A DNA stretch of 64,000 nt, taken from assembly GCF_037042905.1 (NCBI RefSeq), contig NC_087250.1, forward strand, positions 18,104,001-18,168,000, read 5' to 3'. Each line of letters starts with the position of its first letter. The stretch's first letter is position 1. The notes under the pieces are model-generated. The model ran no database searches. It saw only the letters and a list, made by a program, of their open reading frames with translations, and was not told the origin of the DNA. The translations under genes were made by a program, and so were the position numbers. Shown in pieces: positions 36,492-51,100 of this stretch. Source of the DNA: Lytechinus pictus. Its lineage: Eukaryota.

Positions 36492-39400
36492 GGGGGGGGT
36501 TCTCCAGACTCTACATATCTCCCCAGACAAGAAAAAAAAAGTATAGGGGGTCTACATGTATTGGGCTACTTTTCAGAATCTATTGGCCACATCTGCCTCA
36601 TTCTTGGGGAAGTTTTAACATTGAATAGGGAGTTGCCCGCCTGGGGCTCTTTTTAAAATTTCTTACGGGCAGATTGCACAAGAGGTTCTTTGCAAGGACA
36701 GTCTATTTGTGTCGTTGATTTGTAATGTGCCGTATGAGTCGCATTTTTAATATCCATCACATATGAATATAAAAAGATATACATGTAAGCCTAAATCTAT
36801 TTTTTACTTTTTTTTAGGTCTACTATGCCGGGGGGGGGGGTACTTAGATTTGGTTTGGACAAAGGTGTGCGGCTGAAGGTTTGAAACCCGTACCCATATT
36901 TACAGGCCATTTTGGCTAAAAAGGTACCCATTATTAGGGATTTATTACAGGGGCAGATCCAGGATTTCCAAAAGGGGGGGGGGCACATTTTTGCCTGGAA
37001 AACTTGACAAGCAAAAAAAAAAAAGAAAAAGGTTATCGCCCAAAATGTAAGGTAATTTTGTATTTGCACCTAAGACATTGGAGTAGAATATGGACCCATG
37101 TTTAAGGCCAGTATCTAAAAATTGGGACCATGTTCAGGGATTTTCCAGCATAATACCATACCCCATGTTCAGGATTTTTTTTTCCAAAAAAGCGACCCAT
37201 TCTAGCGGCACATCCCCGTATGCCTTATTTTGTGAGTACTTGAAATCGCTTGGGGATTAGTTTAATGCTAACAAGGAGCCGGATTGCTAAATGCACCTTA
37301 TTTTTTTACGGTTATCAATTAAGTTATGAGCTCATAATTACCTGGCTTTCAATTTCTTCTTCCTCACGATGGCACGTGATTGTGACGTCACCAGCCTTTT
37401 TTTCAACATTGAAAGGGACCGAGCGATGACATCTATGGTAAGATTGTTGTCTCGACTCCTCTTGAGTAGCCTACAAAGATGATTACGATTATAATCTATT
37501 TTAATTGTTGAAAAATGAAAAAAAAAAAAAAAAAAAATCGATATTTTATCATTCTTAATAGAAATCTGAAGTATTAATATTCCTAAGACTAATTTTGCCT
37601 GCCTAATTAATATTTGGTGCGGCAGTGCTATTTATTTGTCTGACGCGACCGGAGCTTGAAATCACGACTTCCCGCCGCTTGTGAGTCGGACGCTCTCCTA
37701 TCTGAGCCAAAACAGTTGAAAATATTGATAATATATAATAATGTTATTACCAACATGCAGTTACAGATGTGAAAAGTTACTTTACTTCATTTAATTGTAA
37801 AAAGTATCTTGGTCTTTATTTACAAAGGTGCTAATATATATCTTAGCAGAACTATCTATAACAATGTTGGTGATAAGAGCAACACTGAATATGACATTGA
37901 TAATTATATCAAAAATGATAATGATAACAATAGTAATAATAAGAATATCTATAATAGTGAAATGGTTCAGAGCGCTTCAAATCATCACGTCAAGCAATAG
38001 CATTCAAGTAATTTTGTTCTACCCGCAAACATTCACCTCATCTGGCTGGAGGGTGGAAATTTTCAATCAACATTTTCTCAAATGATAAGGATCTTCCGGT
38101 TTTCAGAGCTGTCTTGATTTGGCGAATGACCGATAATTTTGAACTTATTGTGAGTGACGATGTTTAGTACTGACCGCTTCGTTTCCAGGTAGGTCATTAC
38201 ACAACTGAAGATTAACTGCAAACTCTTGTCCTCTTTCGATCCTGTCTGGGACGTATGGAGTACAAATAAGTTGTTGTCGGATCACCTGTTGTTCAAGAGG
38301 AATCAGAACCCACCACTCTGCACAGTGGCCAATGTACAGCTCAAGATGTCTTTTGTACATTCTGCAGTATGGTGGTTTGTCTGGTGAGCTGGAAGATTGC
38401 TTTATTAGAGTTTTTGGTAGATCTTGTTTTACCAATGCCGATAAGAGAAAAAAGATCAATGGAATGCACTTTATCACAACTTTCAGAAAGTCATTATGGT
38501 TATAAACTGTATAACTATCAGGAACGGTATTATTAGTGACATAATTAGCTCATGAAGGAAGCTGATATATTGAATGATGACACTGCGGTGTTGATTTTTT
38601 TTTATAACAAACACGTGTACACGTTGGTATCAATAATGCACAAAGCATTTTCATTCATTTAAAGCAAGATAAAAGAGCAATGCATAGAAATACGCCTCGG
38701 TCAATGAAGGGCCCTGCCGGGAATCGAACCCCGGACTTTCAGTGTGTAGTCAGGTGCCTTAGACCACTCGGCCGCGGCACCACGCCGTTGATAGTGAAAA
38801 TGATGACGATCGATGCCACTTGTAATTATACTGATTGTAATGATGATCTTAGAATGTCAAATTAGATATTTGGTATATATATACTGTAGGTTAGCTTCAA
38901 AGTCATTAAAAAAAAAAAAATAGTCCTTATGCTTTACTGATACCATAATAGTCCAATCTCAATCTTTATGGACTTACTCGTGATTGAGTCCCACACACGA
39001 CAAACGATGTCTGGTTTCACCTGCTCTGGATTTACGACCAATAAAGAATGTGGTATATTGATCTTAACAGGCTGGTTGAAGATCAAGGTATGAGGGTCAC
39101 ACCTGATCCCGTAGCAGATCAATGATTCACCTTCAGTGACATAAATACCGGGATTGTCTGTAAGGATGGCTAGGGTGAACTGACAAGAGTCATCAGATAG
39201 AACCGCTCCTGGAGGAAGGTACATTGATATTCCATGGTCTTCTAGATTAACTTCCTGACTGGAATTTCTGTTGACTTTGACAGAGGCATCGTTAGAGTTC
39301 GATGGCCGATCTGTGATATATGCACGTATACAAGGTGAACAAAAAGGTCATGGTACACACAATACAGAGGAACAAACCTGTTCCTTAGCCTTGTTATGAT

Positions 39401-42088
39401 CTCGGTTATTCAAATTCAGTTTAGAATGGTTTGTTTTTAGATTAAAAGAATCAATCAAGGCATAAAAACGAATGACAATAAGGCATAGCATAGTGTACAA
39501 TATAACACAACACAAAAACAACAATTATTACATAGCTGAAGATAAACAAATTATGACAGAACATTGACCATACGACGTCAGCGAACTTAATCACAGAACA
39601 CATATAACATTAAACAAATCCGCTAATATATAGAATACAAAGTTTTATAATCAATATGAATCATATTGATATATGAACATTTCAAAAAAGTCAATGTTAA
39701 AATCAGAATGTTGATTTCCAGATCGTTAAAAATTATTAAGAATGGGAATGAATGGGAAGGTAAGATAGAAGGTGGAGTTGATAGGAATAAGGGAAATGAA
39801 TAAGGGAAATGTATTGAGAGATTTGATATAAAATTACATAGGAGGTAAAGTATTATGAGAAATGTATATTAAGAATAACGATTTCAAGTGAGAAGAAGAA
39901 TAAGAACAAAAAGAGAAGAAGTGGAAGGGCAAGAAGAATCAAAGGTAGAAGAACAATACCATATTAAACGAGACGAAACAAGTAAGTGAATGAAAAGACA
40001 GAAACATTAAAATACAAAGTAAATATACATATAGTACGAATATATAGGTACAAACCACTTGTTCCTAAAGTACACATTACAGTGCTATGTTTTTGGATGA
40101 ACGGCCAATAATATACATATTAACGTGCAGTCATGTGCGACGACTTCGGTGACGATTTCGTGATTCATATTTCAGGAATGCTCTTACCTCTAGTAGACTG
40201 AACACCATCCAAGGAAGGTAATCTGCAGTAAGCAATTAATACAAAATTATTCAACTTCTAATATCTTGAATCATATTTACTTCATCAACTGAAATAAATC
40301 ATTTAGAATATTCAAAAGAAAACCATAATTTTTCGATGGACTTCTGATAATAACGCATCAGTGAAAAGTATTCACATATCATGTGCCATTTCAAATTGCA
40401 CACGATGTTCTTTAAAGCTACACGGGCTAATCAAACGAAGATAATGTTGAAAGGACAATTCCATCCCAACAGAAAATTGGTTTGAATGATAAGATAAACT
40501 CCACACTAGCATAACACCGAATATTTAATCAAAATCGGGTTGGAAATAAGGTTTTCTCTTTTAAAGTTTCGCTCGATTAAAAAATAACATTTGTACAATA
40601 TGCACACTAGCGTACCTATGGGGGGGGGGGGGGGGCAGACAGACTGCCCCCCTGACGAGTCACAACCCATGCAAGGGACGTACCCCCCCCCCTGTCGAGT
40701 CACAACTGATCCCTGACGGGCCACCAGTGGCCCCCTCAATTGAAATTGAAGACCTTTTTTTTCTTTTGCTTGTCAATTTTTTGTTCGGGTGCGAAATGGC
40801 CTTTATATCCTGTTGAGGACCCTTTTTTCTGGCAGAAATCCTATATTTGTGGTTGATGACCCGTTTTTTTTTTTCTTGTCAATTTTTTTTTTGGCGGACG
40901 AATTTGCCCCCCCCCCCCCCCTGTTGAAAATCCTAGGTACGCTACTAAATATACACATTCTGGTCGGTATGCAAAAGAGGGAACTGATAATGTCACCCAC
41001 TTGCCATTTCCTTTGTATTTCATTATATAAAATATTCTAGATTTTCTCCTCATTCTCATATGAAGCAAGGTTTCATTCCACTCCGAGCATGTGGTATTAC
41101 CATTGCTTTAACGATTTTATGGTTCGGTCAAGATGGTCCTCATTGTCAAATCTGTAAAATTGAAATATTACACATTTCAAACAATAAAAATATACAAGTG
41201 GAATGCCTCTGGCCGTCTCACCTGCATCACGCGATTCAATATAGCAGCAGTGCTGATTTTGAAAACTACTATAACTCGCACAAGATGTTCAGTGATACTT
41301 GGTTACTCTTATTTCCACGTTTTATGAACTAGACCAATACACTTATAGAGATATGATGGCAATTCAACAAATACCCCCAACGTGGCCAAAGTTCTTTGAC
41401 CTTACATGACCTTTGACCTTGATCATGTGACCTGAAACTCGCACAGGATGTTCAGTGATACTTGATTACTATTATGTCCAAGTTTTATGAACTAGACCAA
41501 CACACTTTCAAATTTATGGCTGTAATTCAACAAATACCCAAATTTGGCCAAAGTTCATTGACCCTAAATGACCTTTGACCTTGATCATGTGACCTGAAAC
41601 TTGCACAGGATGTTCAGTAATACTTGATTACTATTATGTCCAAGTTTCATGAATCAGATCCATAAACTTTCAAAGTTATGATGGTAATTCAACAGATACC
41701 CCCAATTCGGCCAAAGTTCATTGACCCTAAATGACCTTTGACCTTGGTCATGTGACGTGAAACTCATGCAGAATGTTCAGTGATACTTGATTAACCTTAT
41801 GTATAAGTTTCATGAACTAGGTCCATATATTTTCTAAGTTATGATGACATTTCAAAAACTTAACCTTAGGTTAAGATTTTGATGTTGATTCCCCCAACAT
41901 GGTCTAAGTTCATTGACCCTAAATGACCTTTGACCTTGGTCATGTGACATGAAACTCAGGCAGGATGTTCAGTAATACTTGATTAACCTTATGGCCAAGT
42001 TTCATGAACTAGGTCCATATACTTTCTAAGTTATGCTGTCATTTCAAAAACTTAACCTCAGGTTAAGATTTGGTGTTGACGCCGCCGC

Positions 42089-42119
<31 letters not shown>

Positions 42120-45100
42120 GGAAAAGCGGCGCCTATAGTCTCACTCTGCTATGCAGGTGAGACAAAAAGGAAGCGTTAGGGACATCACCGACTCTTTCAT
42201 ACATGTCACTGATTTGTGCATATAACTTTTTTAGGAAAAATAAGCGAAACTTCAAAATATCATATAATTTTACATTCGATTGTAATAAAATTTTCAATGT
42301 TGTGCATGTTTGATTTTCCTCTATTGAAAATACATGTACATCAAAACCCGTTTGTACTGGAAATTTAGTTTTAAGTAATTGTTCACCTTGCCAATATCAT
42401 CTGTCTGATCATTTCATCCTTTGCATAGTGGATTGGTAGGCAATCTGCTTCATCCTTAATATCAATCCTGGCTCCATGTTCTAAGAGATAGAACACCAAT
42501 GCGTTTTCAGGAGATAACCTGCCACTGTAGTATTCTTTGGATACCTGCAACGGATGATTAATTTAGTTTGTGTGGTAATTATAGTATTGAAAACTAATTA
42601 GTCCATAAAGTGTTGATGTCATTAATTATGTAATAGGCTCAATGATAAAGCAATTTATGGTATGAATTAAATATTTACTTTCTCACAAATTTAATAAAGT
42701 GAAAAATAGTCTCTTATATGCTTTTTCGTTATATGTTTGTATCGTATTGCAATTAGCAGCGGATGCCAGAAATGCCATGATAATCGTACTTCGTTGACTT
42801 AAATGTTTTAAAATCCAAGTGTACACTAAAAATTGAGGCAAAGGTCTTTTCCAAGACTAACCTTTCTGAGTGTTTCGGTGTATTCAACATTCTTTTTCTT
42901 TTGGTAGCATAATTTGATAGCTTTATGAAGACATGTCTGACCGTCATTAGACTGTACATTGAGATCAAATCCTTTAGCAATCATCCTCTCAATGATGGAT
43001 GTAAGTCCGTGCATCACAGCTAGATGGATGGCCACTGAATCATTCTGGATTGACAAAATTATATAAACGTAGTAGAAAAATTAGCATTCTTGTAAATTGT
43101 AGGGAGAGCAGCATAAAATCTTCCATGAATATCAAACTGAAATAATTAACTCTTATTTTTTAATGGTAATCAAAGTACTGTTTTTTCTGTTGTACTGTTT
43201 TCCGAATGTTGCAGAACAAGCAAGTTTGCAAATATACATCAATATTCTATACAGTTTAAAAGGCTCCTTCATTTTCAATTATTTGCATAATGACCAAACG
43301 GCACTTTTTCAGCTATTTATAACTCCGTCAAAGAAAAATTTAAAGGATGTATGTATCGCCTACCTTAGCATCCCTGTTGTCAACTGGAAGATCACATCGT
43401 TGACTGATCAGATATTTGATGACGTCAGTATGGCCTAATCTAGCAGCAATGTGTAATGCAGTCTGACCATTATTATCCTCTTTAACAATCTCAGCTCTCT
43501 TACTGATCAGATATTTGATGACGTCAAGATGCCCATTGGAAGCAGCAATGTGTAATGCAGTCTGACCATCTTTATCCTCCTTATTGACCTTAGCTCCTCC
43601 ACTGATCAGATATTCGATGACGTCAATATGACCACTGGAAGCAGCACTGTGTAATGCAGTCCAACCATTTTTGTCCTTCTTATTGACCTCAGCTCCCTTA
43701 CTGACCAGATATTTCATGACGTCAATATGATCATTGGAAGCAGACCTGTGTAATGCAGTCTGACCATCATTATCCCCATTTTTTACATCAGCTCCTTTAC
43801 TGATCAGATATTTGATGACATCAATATGCCCATCGAAAGCAGCACTGTGTAAAGCAGTCATTCCATTTTTATCCTTCTCATTGATCTCAGCTCCTTCACT
43901 AATCAGATATTTGATGACATTAATATGTCCATTGAAAGCAGCACTGTGTAATGAAATCCAACCACTTTTATCCTTCTTGTTGATCTTAGCTCCCTTAATA
44001 ATAAGATGTTTGATGGCGTCAATATGACCATTGGAAGCAGCACTGTGTAATGCAGTCTCACCATCATTTTCCCCTTTATTGACCTCAGCTCCTTTACTGA
44101 TCAGATAATTGATGACATCAATATGCCCATTGGAAGCAGCAGTGTGTAATGCAGTCCAACCACTTATATCCTCCTTATTGACCTCAGCTCCCTTACTGAT
44201 CAGATATCTGATGACGTCAGTATGACCATTAGAAGCAGCACTGTGTATTGCAGTCCGACCATTATTATACTCCTTATTGACCTCAGCCCCTTCACTGATC
44301 AGATATTTGATGACGTCAGTATGACCATTGGAAGCAGCACTGTGTATTGCAGCCAGACCATCATTATCCTCCTTAACGACCTCAGCTCCCTTACTGATCA
44401 AAAATGTAGTGACGTCAAGATGCCCATTGGAAGCAGCAATGTGTAATGCAGTCCAACCACTTCTATCTTCCTTAATGACCTCAGCTCCCTTACTGATCAG
44501 ATATTTGATGACGTCAATGTGCCCATCGGAAGCAGCACAGTGTAATGCAGTCAAACCACTTCTATCCTCCTTATTGACCTCAGCTCCTTCACTGATCAGA
44601 TATTTGATGACGTCAATATAACCATTGGAAGCAGCACTGTGTAATGCAGTCCCACCACTTTTATCCTCCTTATTGACCTCAGCTCCTTCACTGATCAGAT
44701 ATTTGATGACGTCAGTATGACCATTGGAAGCAGCACAGTGTATTGCAGTCAGACCATCATTATCCTCCTTAAAGACATCAGCTCCCTTATCGATCAGATA
44801 TTTGATGGCATCAATATGCCCATTGGAGGCAGCACTGTGTAATGCAGTCCGACCATCATTAAACTCCTTATCGACCTCAGCCCCTTCACTGATCAGATAT
44901 TTCATGACGTCAATATTACCATTGGAAGCAGCACAGTGTAATGGAGGCCGACCATCATTATCCCCCTTATTGACCTCAGCTCCTTTACTGATCATATGTT
45001 TGATGACATCAATATGCCCATCGAAAGCAGCAATGTGTAATGCAGTCCAACCATTTTTATCCTCCTTATTGACCTCAGCTCCTTCACTGATCAGATATTT

Positions 45101-48100
45101 GATGACGTCAATACGACCAATGGAAACAGCACTGTGTAATGCAGTCTGACCATTATTATCCCCCTTATTGACCTCAGCTCCATGGCTCATCAGATATTTG
45201 ATGACGTCAATACGACCATTCTCAGCAGCACTGTGTAATGCAGTCCGACCATTATTATCCTTCTTATTGACCTCAGTTCCATTACTGATCAGATATTTGA
45301 TGACTTCAATATGGACTAACCTAGAAGCAATGTGTAATTCTGTCTGACCATCTCTTTCCCCCTTATTGACCTCAGCTCCTTCACTGATCAGATATTTGAT
45401 GACGTCAAGATGCCCATTGGAAGCAGCAATGTGTAATGCAGTCTGACAATCTTTATCCCCTTTATTGATCTTAGCTCCTCCACTGATCAGATATTCGATG
45501 ACGTCAATATGACCATTGGAAGCAGCACTATGTAATGCAGTCACACCATTTTTGTCCTTCTTATTGACCTCAGCTCCATTACTGATCAGATATTTGATGA
45601 CTTCAATATGGCCTAACCTAGAAGCAATGTGTAATGCTGTCTGACCATCTCTTTCCCCCTTATTGACCTCAGCTCCTTCACTGATCAGATATTTGATGAC
45701 GTCAAGATGCCCATTGGAAGCAGCAATGTGTAATGCAGTCTGACAATCTTTATCCCCTTTATTGACCTCAGCTCCCTTACTGACCAGATATTTCATGACG
45801 TCAATATGATCATTGGAAGCAGACCTGTGTAATGCAGTCTGACCATCATTATCCCCATTTTTGACATCAGCTCCTTTACTGATCAGATATTTGATGACAT
45901 CAATATGTCCATCGAAAGCAGCACTGTGTAATGCAGTAATTCCACTTTTATCCTTCTCATTGATCTCAGCTCCTTCACTAATCAGATATTTGATGACATT
46001 AATATGTCCATTGAAAGCAGCACTGTGTAATGAAAACCAACCACTTTTATCCTTCTTGTTGATCTTAGCTCCCTTAATAATAAGATGTTTGATGGCGTCA
46101 ATGTGACCATTGGAAGCAGCACTGTGTATGGCAGTCTCACCATCATTTTCCCCTTTATTGACCTCAGCTCCTTTACTGATCAGATAATTGATGACATCAA
46201 TATGCCCATTGGAAGCAGCACTGTGTAATGCAGTCCAACCACTTATATCCTCCTTATTGACCTCAGCTCCCTTACTGATCAGATATCTGATGACGTCAGT
46301 ATGACCATTAGAAGCAGCACTGTGTATTGCAGTCCGACCATTATTATACTCCTTATTGACCTCAGCCCCTTCACTGATCAGATATTTGATGACGTCAGTA
46401 TGACCATTGGAAGCAGCACTGTGTATTGCACTCAGACCATCATTATCCTCCTTAACGACCTCAGCTCCCTTACTGATCAAATATGTGATGACGTCAAGAT
46501 GCCCATTGGAAGCAGCAATGTGTAATGCAGTCCAACCACTTCTATCCTCCTTATTGACCTCAGCTCCTTCACTGATCAGATATTTGATGACGTCAATGTG
46601 CCCATCGGAAGCAGCACTGTGTAATGCAGTCAAACCACTTCTATCCTCCTTATTGACCTCAGCTCCTTCACTGATCAGATATTTGATGACGTCAATACGA
46701 CCATTCTTAGCAGCACTGTGTAATGCAGTCCGACCATTATTATCCTTCTTATTGACCTCAGTTCCTTCACTGATCAGATATTTGATGACGTCAGTATGAC
46801 CATTGGAAGCAGCACAGTGTATTGCAGTCAGACCATCATTATCCTCCTTAACGACCTCAGCTCCCTTATCGATCAGATATTTGATGACATCAATATGCCC
46901 ATTGGAAGCAGCACTGTGTAATGCAGTCCGACCATCATAATACTCCTTATCGACCTCAGCTCCTTCACTGATCAGATATTTCATGACGTCAATATGACCA
47001 TTGGAAGCAGCACAGTGTAATGGAGTCCGACCATCATTATCCCCCTTATTGACCTCAGCCCCTTCACTGATCATATATTTGATGACATCAATATGCCCAT
47101 CGAAACAAGCACTGTGTAATGCAGTCCAACCACTTTTATCCTCCTTATTGAGCTCAGCTCCTTCACTGATCAGATATTTGATGACGTCAAAACGACCAAT
47201 GGAAACAGCACTGTGTAATGCAGTCTGACCATTATTATCCCCCTTATTGACTTCAGCTCCATGGCTGATCAGATATTTGATGACGTCAATACGACCATTC
47301 TTAGCAGCACTGTGTAATGCAGTCCGACCATTATTATCCTTCTTATTGACCTCAGCTCCATTACTGATCAGATATTTGATGACTTCAATATGCCCTAACC
47401 TAGAAGCAATGTGTAATTCTGTCTGACCATCTCTTTCCCCCTTATTGACCTCAGCTCCTTCACTGATCAGATATTTGATGACGTCAAGATGCCCATTGGA
47501 AGCAGCAATGTGTAATGCAGTCTGACCATCTTTATCCCCTTTATTAACCTCAGCTCCTTTACTGATCAGATATTTGTTGACATCAAGATGCCCATTGGAA
47601 GCAGCAATGTGTAATGCAGTCTGACCATCTTTATCCCCTTTATTGACCTTAGCTCCTTCACTGATCAGATATTTGATGACGTCAGTATGACCATTGGAAG
47701 CAGCAAAGTGTATTGCAGTCAGACCATCATTATCCTCCTTAACGACCTCAGCTCCCTTACTGATCAGATATGTGATGACGTCAAGATACCCATTGGAAGC
47801 AGCACTGTGTAATGCAGTCCAACCGCTTCTATCCTCCTTAATGACCTCAGCTCCCTTACTGATCATATATTTGATGACGTCAATGTGCCCATTCGAAGCA
47901 GCACTGTGTAATGCAGTCAAACCATTTCTATCTTCCTTATTGACCTCAGCTCCTTCACTGATCAGATATTTGATGACGTCAATATGCCCATTGGAAGCAG
48001 CACTGGGTAATGCAGTCCCACCACTTTTATCCTCCTTTTTGACCTCAGCTCCTTCACTGATCAAATATTTGATGACATCAATATGCCCATTGGAAGCAGC

Positions 48101-51100
48101 ACTGTGTAATGCATTCCGACCATCATTATACTCCTTATCGACCTCAGCTCCTTCACTGATCAGATATTTGATGACGTCAATGTGCCCATCGGAAGCAGCA
48201 CTGTGTAATGCAGTCCAACCACTTCTATCCTCCTTATTGACCTCAGCTCCTTCACTGATCAGATATTTGATGACGTCAATATGACCATTGGAAGCAGCAC
48301 TGTGTAATGCAGTCCCACCACTTTTATGCTCCGTATTGACCTCAGCTCCTTCACTGATCAGATATTTGATGACGTCAGTATGACCATTGGAAGCAGCACA
48401 GTGTATTGTAGTCAGACCATCATTATCCTCCTTAACGACCTCAGCTCCCTTATTGATCAGATATTTGATGACATCAATATGCCCATTGGAAGAAGCACTG
48501 TGTAATGCAGTCCGACCATTATTATACTCCTTATCGACCTCAGCTCCTTCACTGGTCAGATATTTCATGACGTCAATATGACCATTGGAAGCAGCACAGT
48601 GTAATGGAGTCCGACCATCATTATCCCCCTTATTGACCTCAGCCCCTTCACTGATCATATGTTTGATGACATCAATATGCCCATCGAAAGCAGCACTGTG
48701 TAATGCAGTCCAACCACTTTTATCCTCCTTATTGACCTCAGCTCCTTCACTGATCAGATATTTGATGACGTCAATACGACCAATGGAAACAGCACTGTGT
48801 AATGCAGTCTGACCATTATTATCCCCCTTATTGACCTCAGCTCCATGGCTGATCAGATATTTGATGACGTCAATGCGACCATTCTTAGCAGCACTGTATA
48901 ATGCAGTCCGATCATTATTATCCTTCTTATTGACCTCATCTCCATTACTGATCAGATATTTGATTACTTCAATATGGCCTAACCTAGAAGCAATGTGTAA
49001 AGCTGTCTGACCATCTCTTTCCCCCTTATTGACCTCAGCTCCTTCACTGATCAGATATTTGATGACGTCAAGATGCCCATTGGAAGCAGCAATGTGTAAT
49101 GCAGTCTGACCATCTTTATCCCCTTTATTAACCTGAGCTCCTTCACTGATCAGATATTTGATGACGTCAAGATGCCCATTGGAAGCAGCAATGTGTAATG
49201 CAGTCTGACCATCTTTATCCCCTTTATTGACCTTAGCTCCTTCACTGATCAGATATTTGATGACGTCAGTATGACCATTGGAAGCAGCAAAGTGTATTGC
49301 AGTCAGACCATCATTATCCTCCTTAACGACCTCAGCTCCCTTACTGATCAGATATGTGATGACGTCAAGATACCCATTGGAAGCAGCACTGTGTAATGCA
49401 GTCCAACCGCTTCTATCCTCCTTAATGACCTCAGCTCCCTTACTGATCATATATTTGATGACGTCAATGTGCCCATTCGAAGCAGCACTGTGTAATGCAG
49501 TCAAACCATTTCTATCTTCCTTATTGACCTCAGCTCCTTCACTGATCAGATATTTGATGACGTCAATATGCCCATTGGAAGCAGCACTGGGTAATGCAGT
49601 CCCACCACTTTTATCCTCCTTTTTGACCTCAGCTCCTTCACTGATCAAATATTTGATGACATCAATATGCCCATTGGAAGCAGCACTGTGTAATGCATTC
49701 CGACCATCATTATACTCCTTATCGACCTCAGCTCCTTCACTGATCAGATATTTGATGACGTCAATGTGCCCATCGGAAGCAGCACTGTGTAATGCAGTCC
49801 AACCACTTCTATCCTCCTTATTGACCTCAGCTCCTTCACTGATCAGATATTTGATGACGTCAATATGACCATTGGAAGCAGCACTGTGTAATGCAGTCCC
49901 ACCACTTTTATGCTCCGTATTGACCTCAGCTCCTTCACTGATCAGATATTTGATGACGTCAATATGACCATTGGAAGCAGCACTGTGTAATGCAGTCCCA
50001 CCACTTTTATGCTCCGTATTGACCTCAGCTCCTTCACTGATCAGATATTTGATGACGTCAGTATGACCATTGGAAGCAGCACAGTGTATTGTAGTCAGAC
50101 CATCATTATCCTCCTTAACGACCTCAGCTCCCTTATTGATCAGATATTTGATGACATCAATATGCCCATTGGAAGAAGCACTGTGTAATGCAGTCCGACC
50201 ATTATTATACTCCTTATCGACCTCAGCTCCTTCACTGGTCAGATATTTCATGACGTCAATATGACCATTGGAAGCAGCACAGTGTAATGGAGTCCGACCA
50301 TCATTATCCCCCTTATTGACCTCAGCCCCTTCACTGATCATATGTTTGATGACATCAATATGCCCATCGAAAGCAGCACTGTGTAATGCAGTCCAACCAC
50401 TTTTATCCTCCTTATTGACCTCAGCTCCTTCACTGATCAGATATTTGATGACGTCAATACGACCAATGGAAACAGCACTGTGTAATGCAGTCTGACCATT
50501 ATTATCCCCCTTATTGACCTCAGCTCCATGGCTGATCAGATATTTGATGACGTCAATGCGACCATTCTTAGCAGCACTGTATAATGCAGTCCGATCATTA
50601 TTATCCTTCTTATTGACCTCATCTCCATTACTGATCAGATATTTGATTACTTCAATATGGCCTAACCTAGAAGCAATGTGTAAAGCTGTCTGACCATCTC
50701 TTTCCCCCTTATTGACCTCAGCTCCTTCACTGATCAGATATTTGATGACGTCAAGATGCCCATTGGAAGCAGCAATGTGTAATGCAGTCTGACCATCTTT
50801 ATCCCCTTTATTAACCTGAGCTCCTTCACTGATCAGATATTTGATGACGTCAAGATGCCCATTGGAAGCAGCAATGTGTAATGCAGTCTGACCATCTTTA
50901 TCCCCTTTATTGACCTTAGCTCCTTCACTGATCAGATATTTGATGACGTCAGTATGACCATTGGAAGCAGCAAAGTGTATTGCAGTCAGACCATCATTAT
51001 CCTCCTTAACGACCTCAGCTCCCTTACTGATCAGATATGTGATGACGTCAAGATACCCATTGGAAGCAGCACTGTGTAATGCAGTCCAACCGCTTCTATC

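Noticed and set aside
38709-38781. tRNA gene
   Set aside because: A and B boxes are present, but the anticodon arm and acceptor stem are imperfect and it runs into a SINE-like body.
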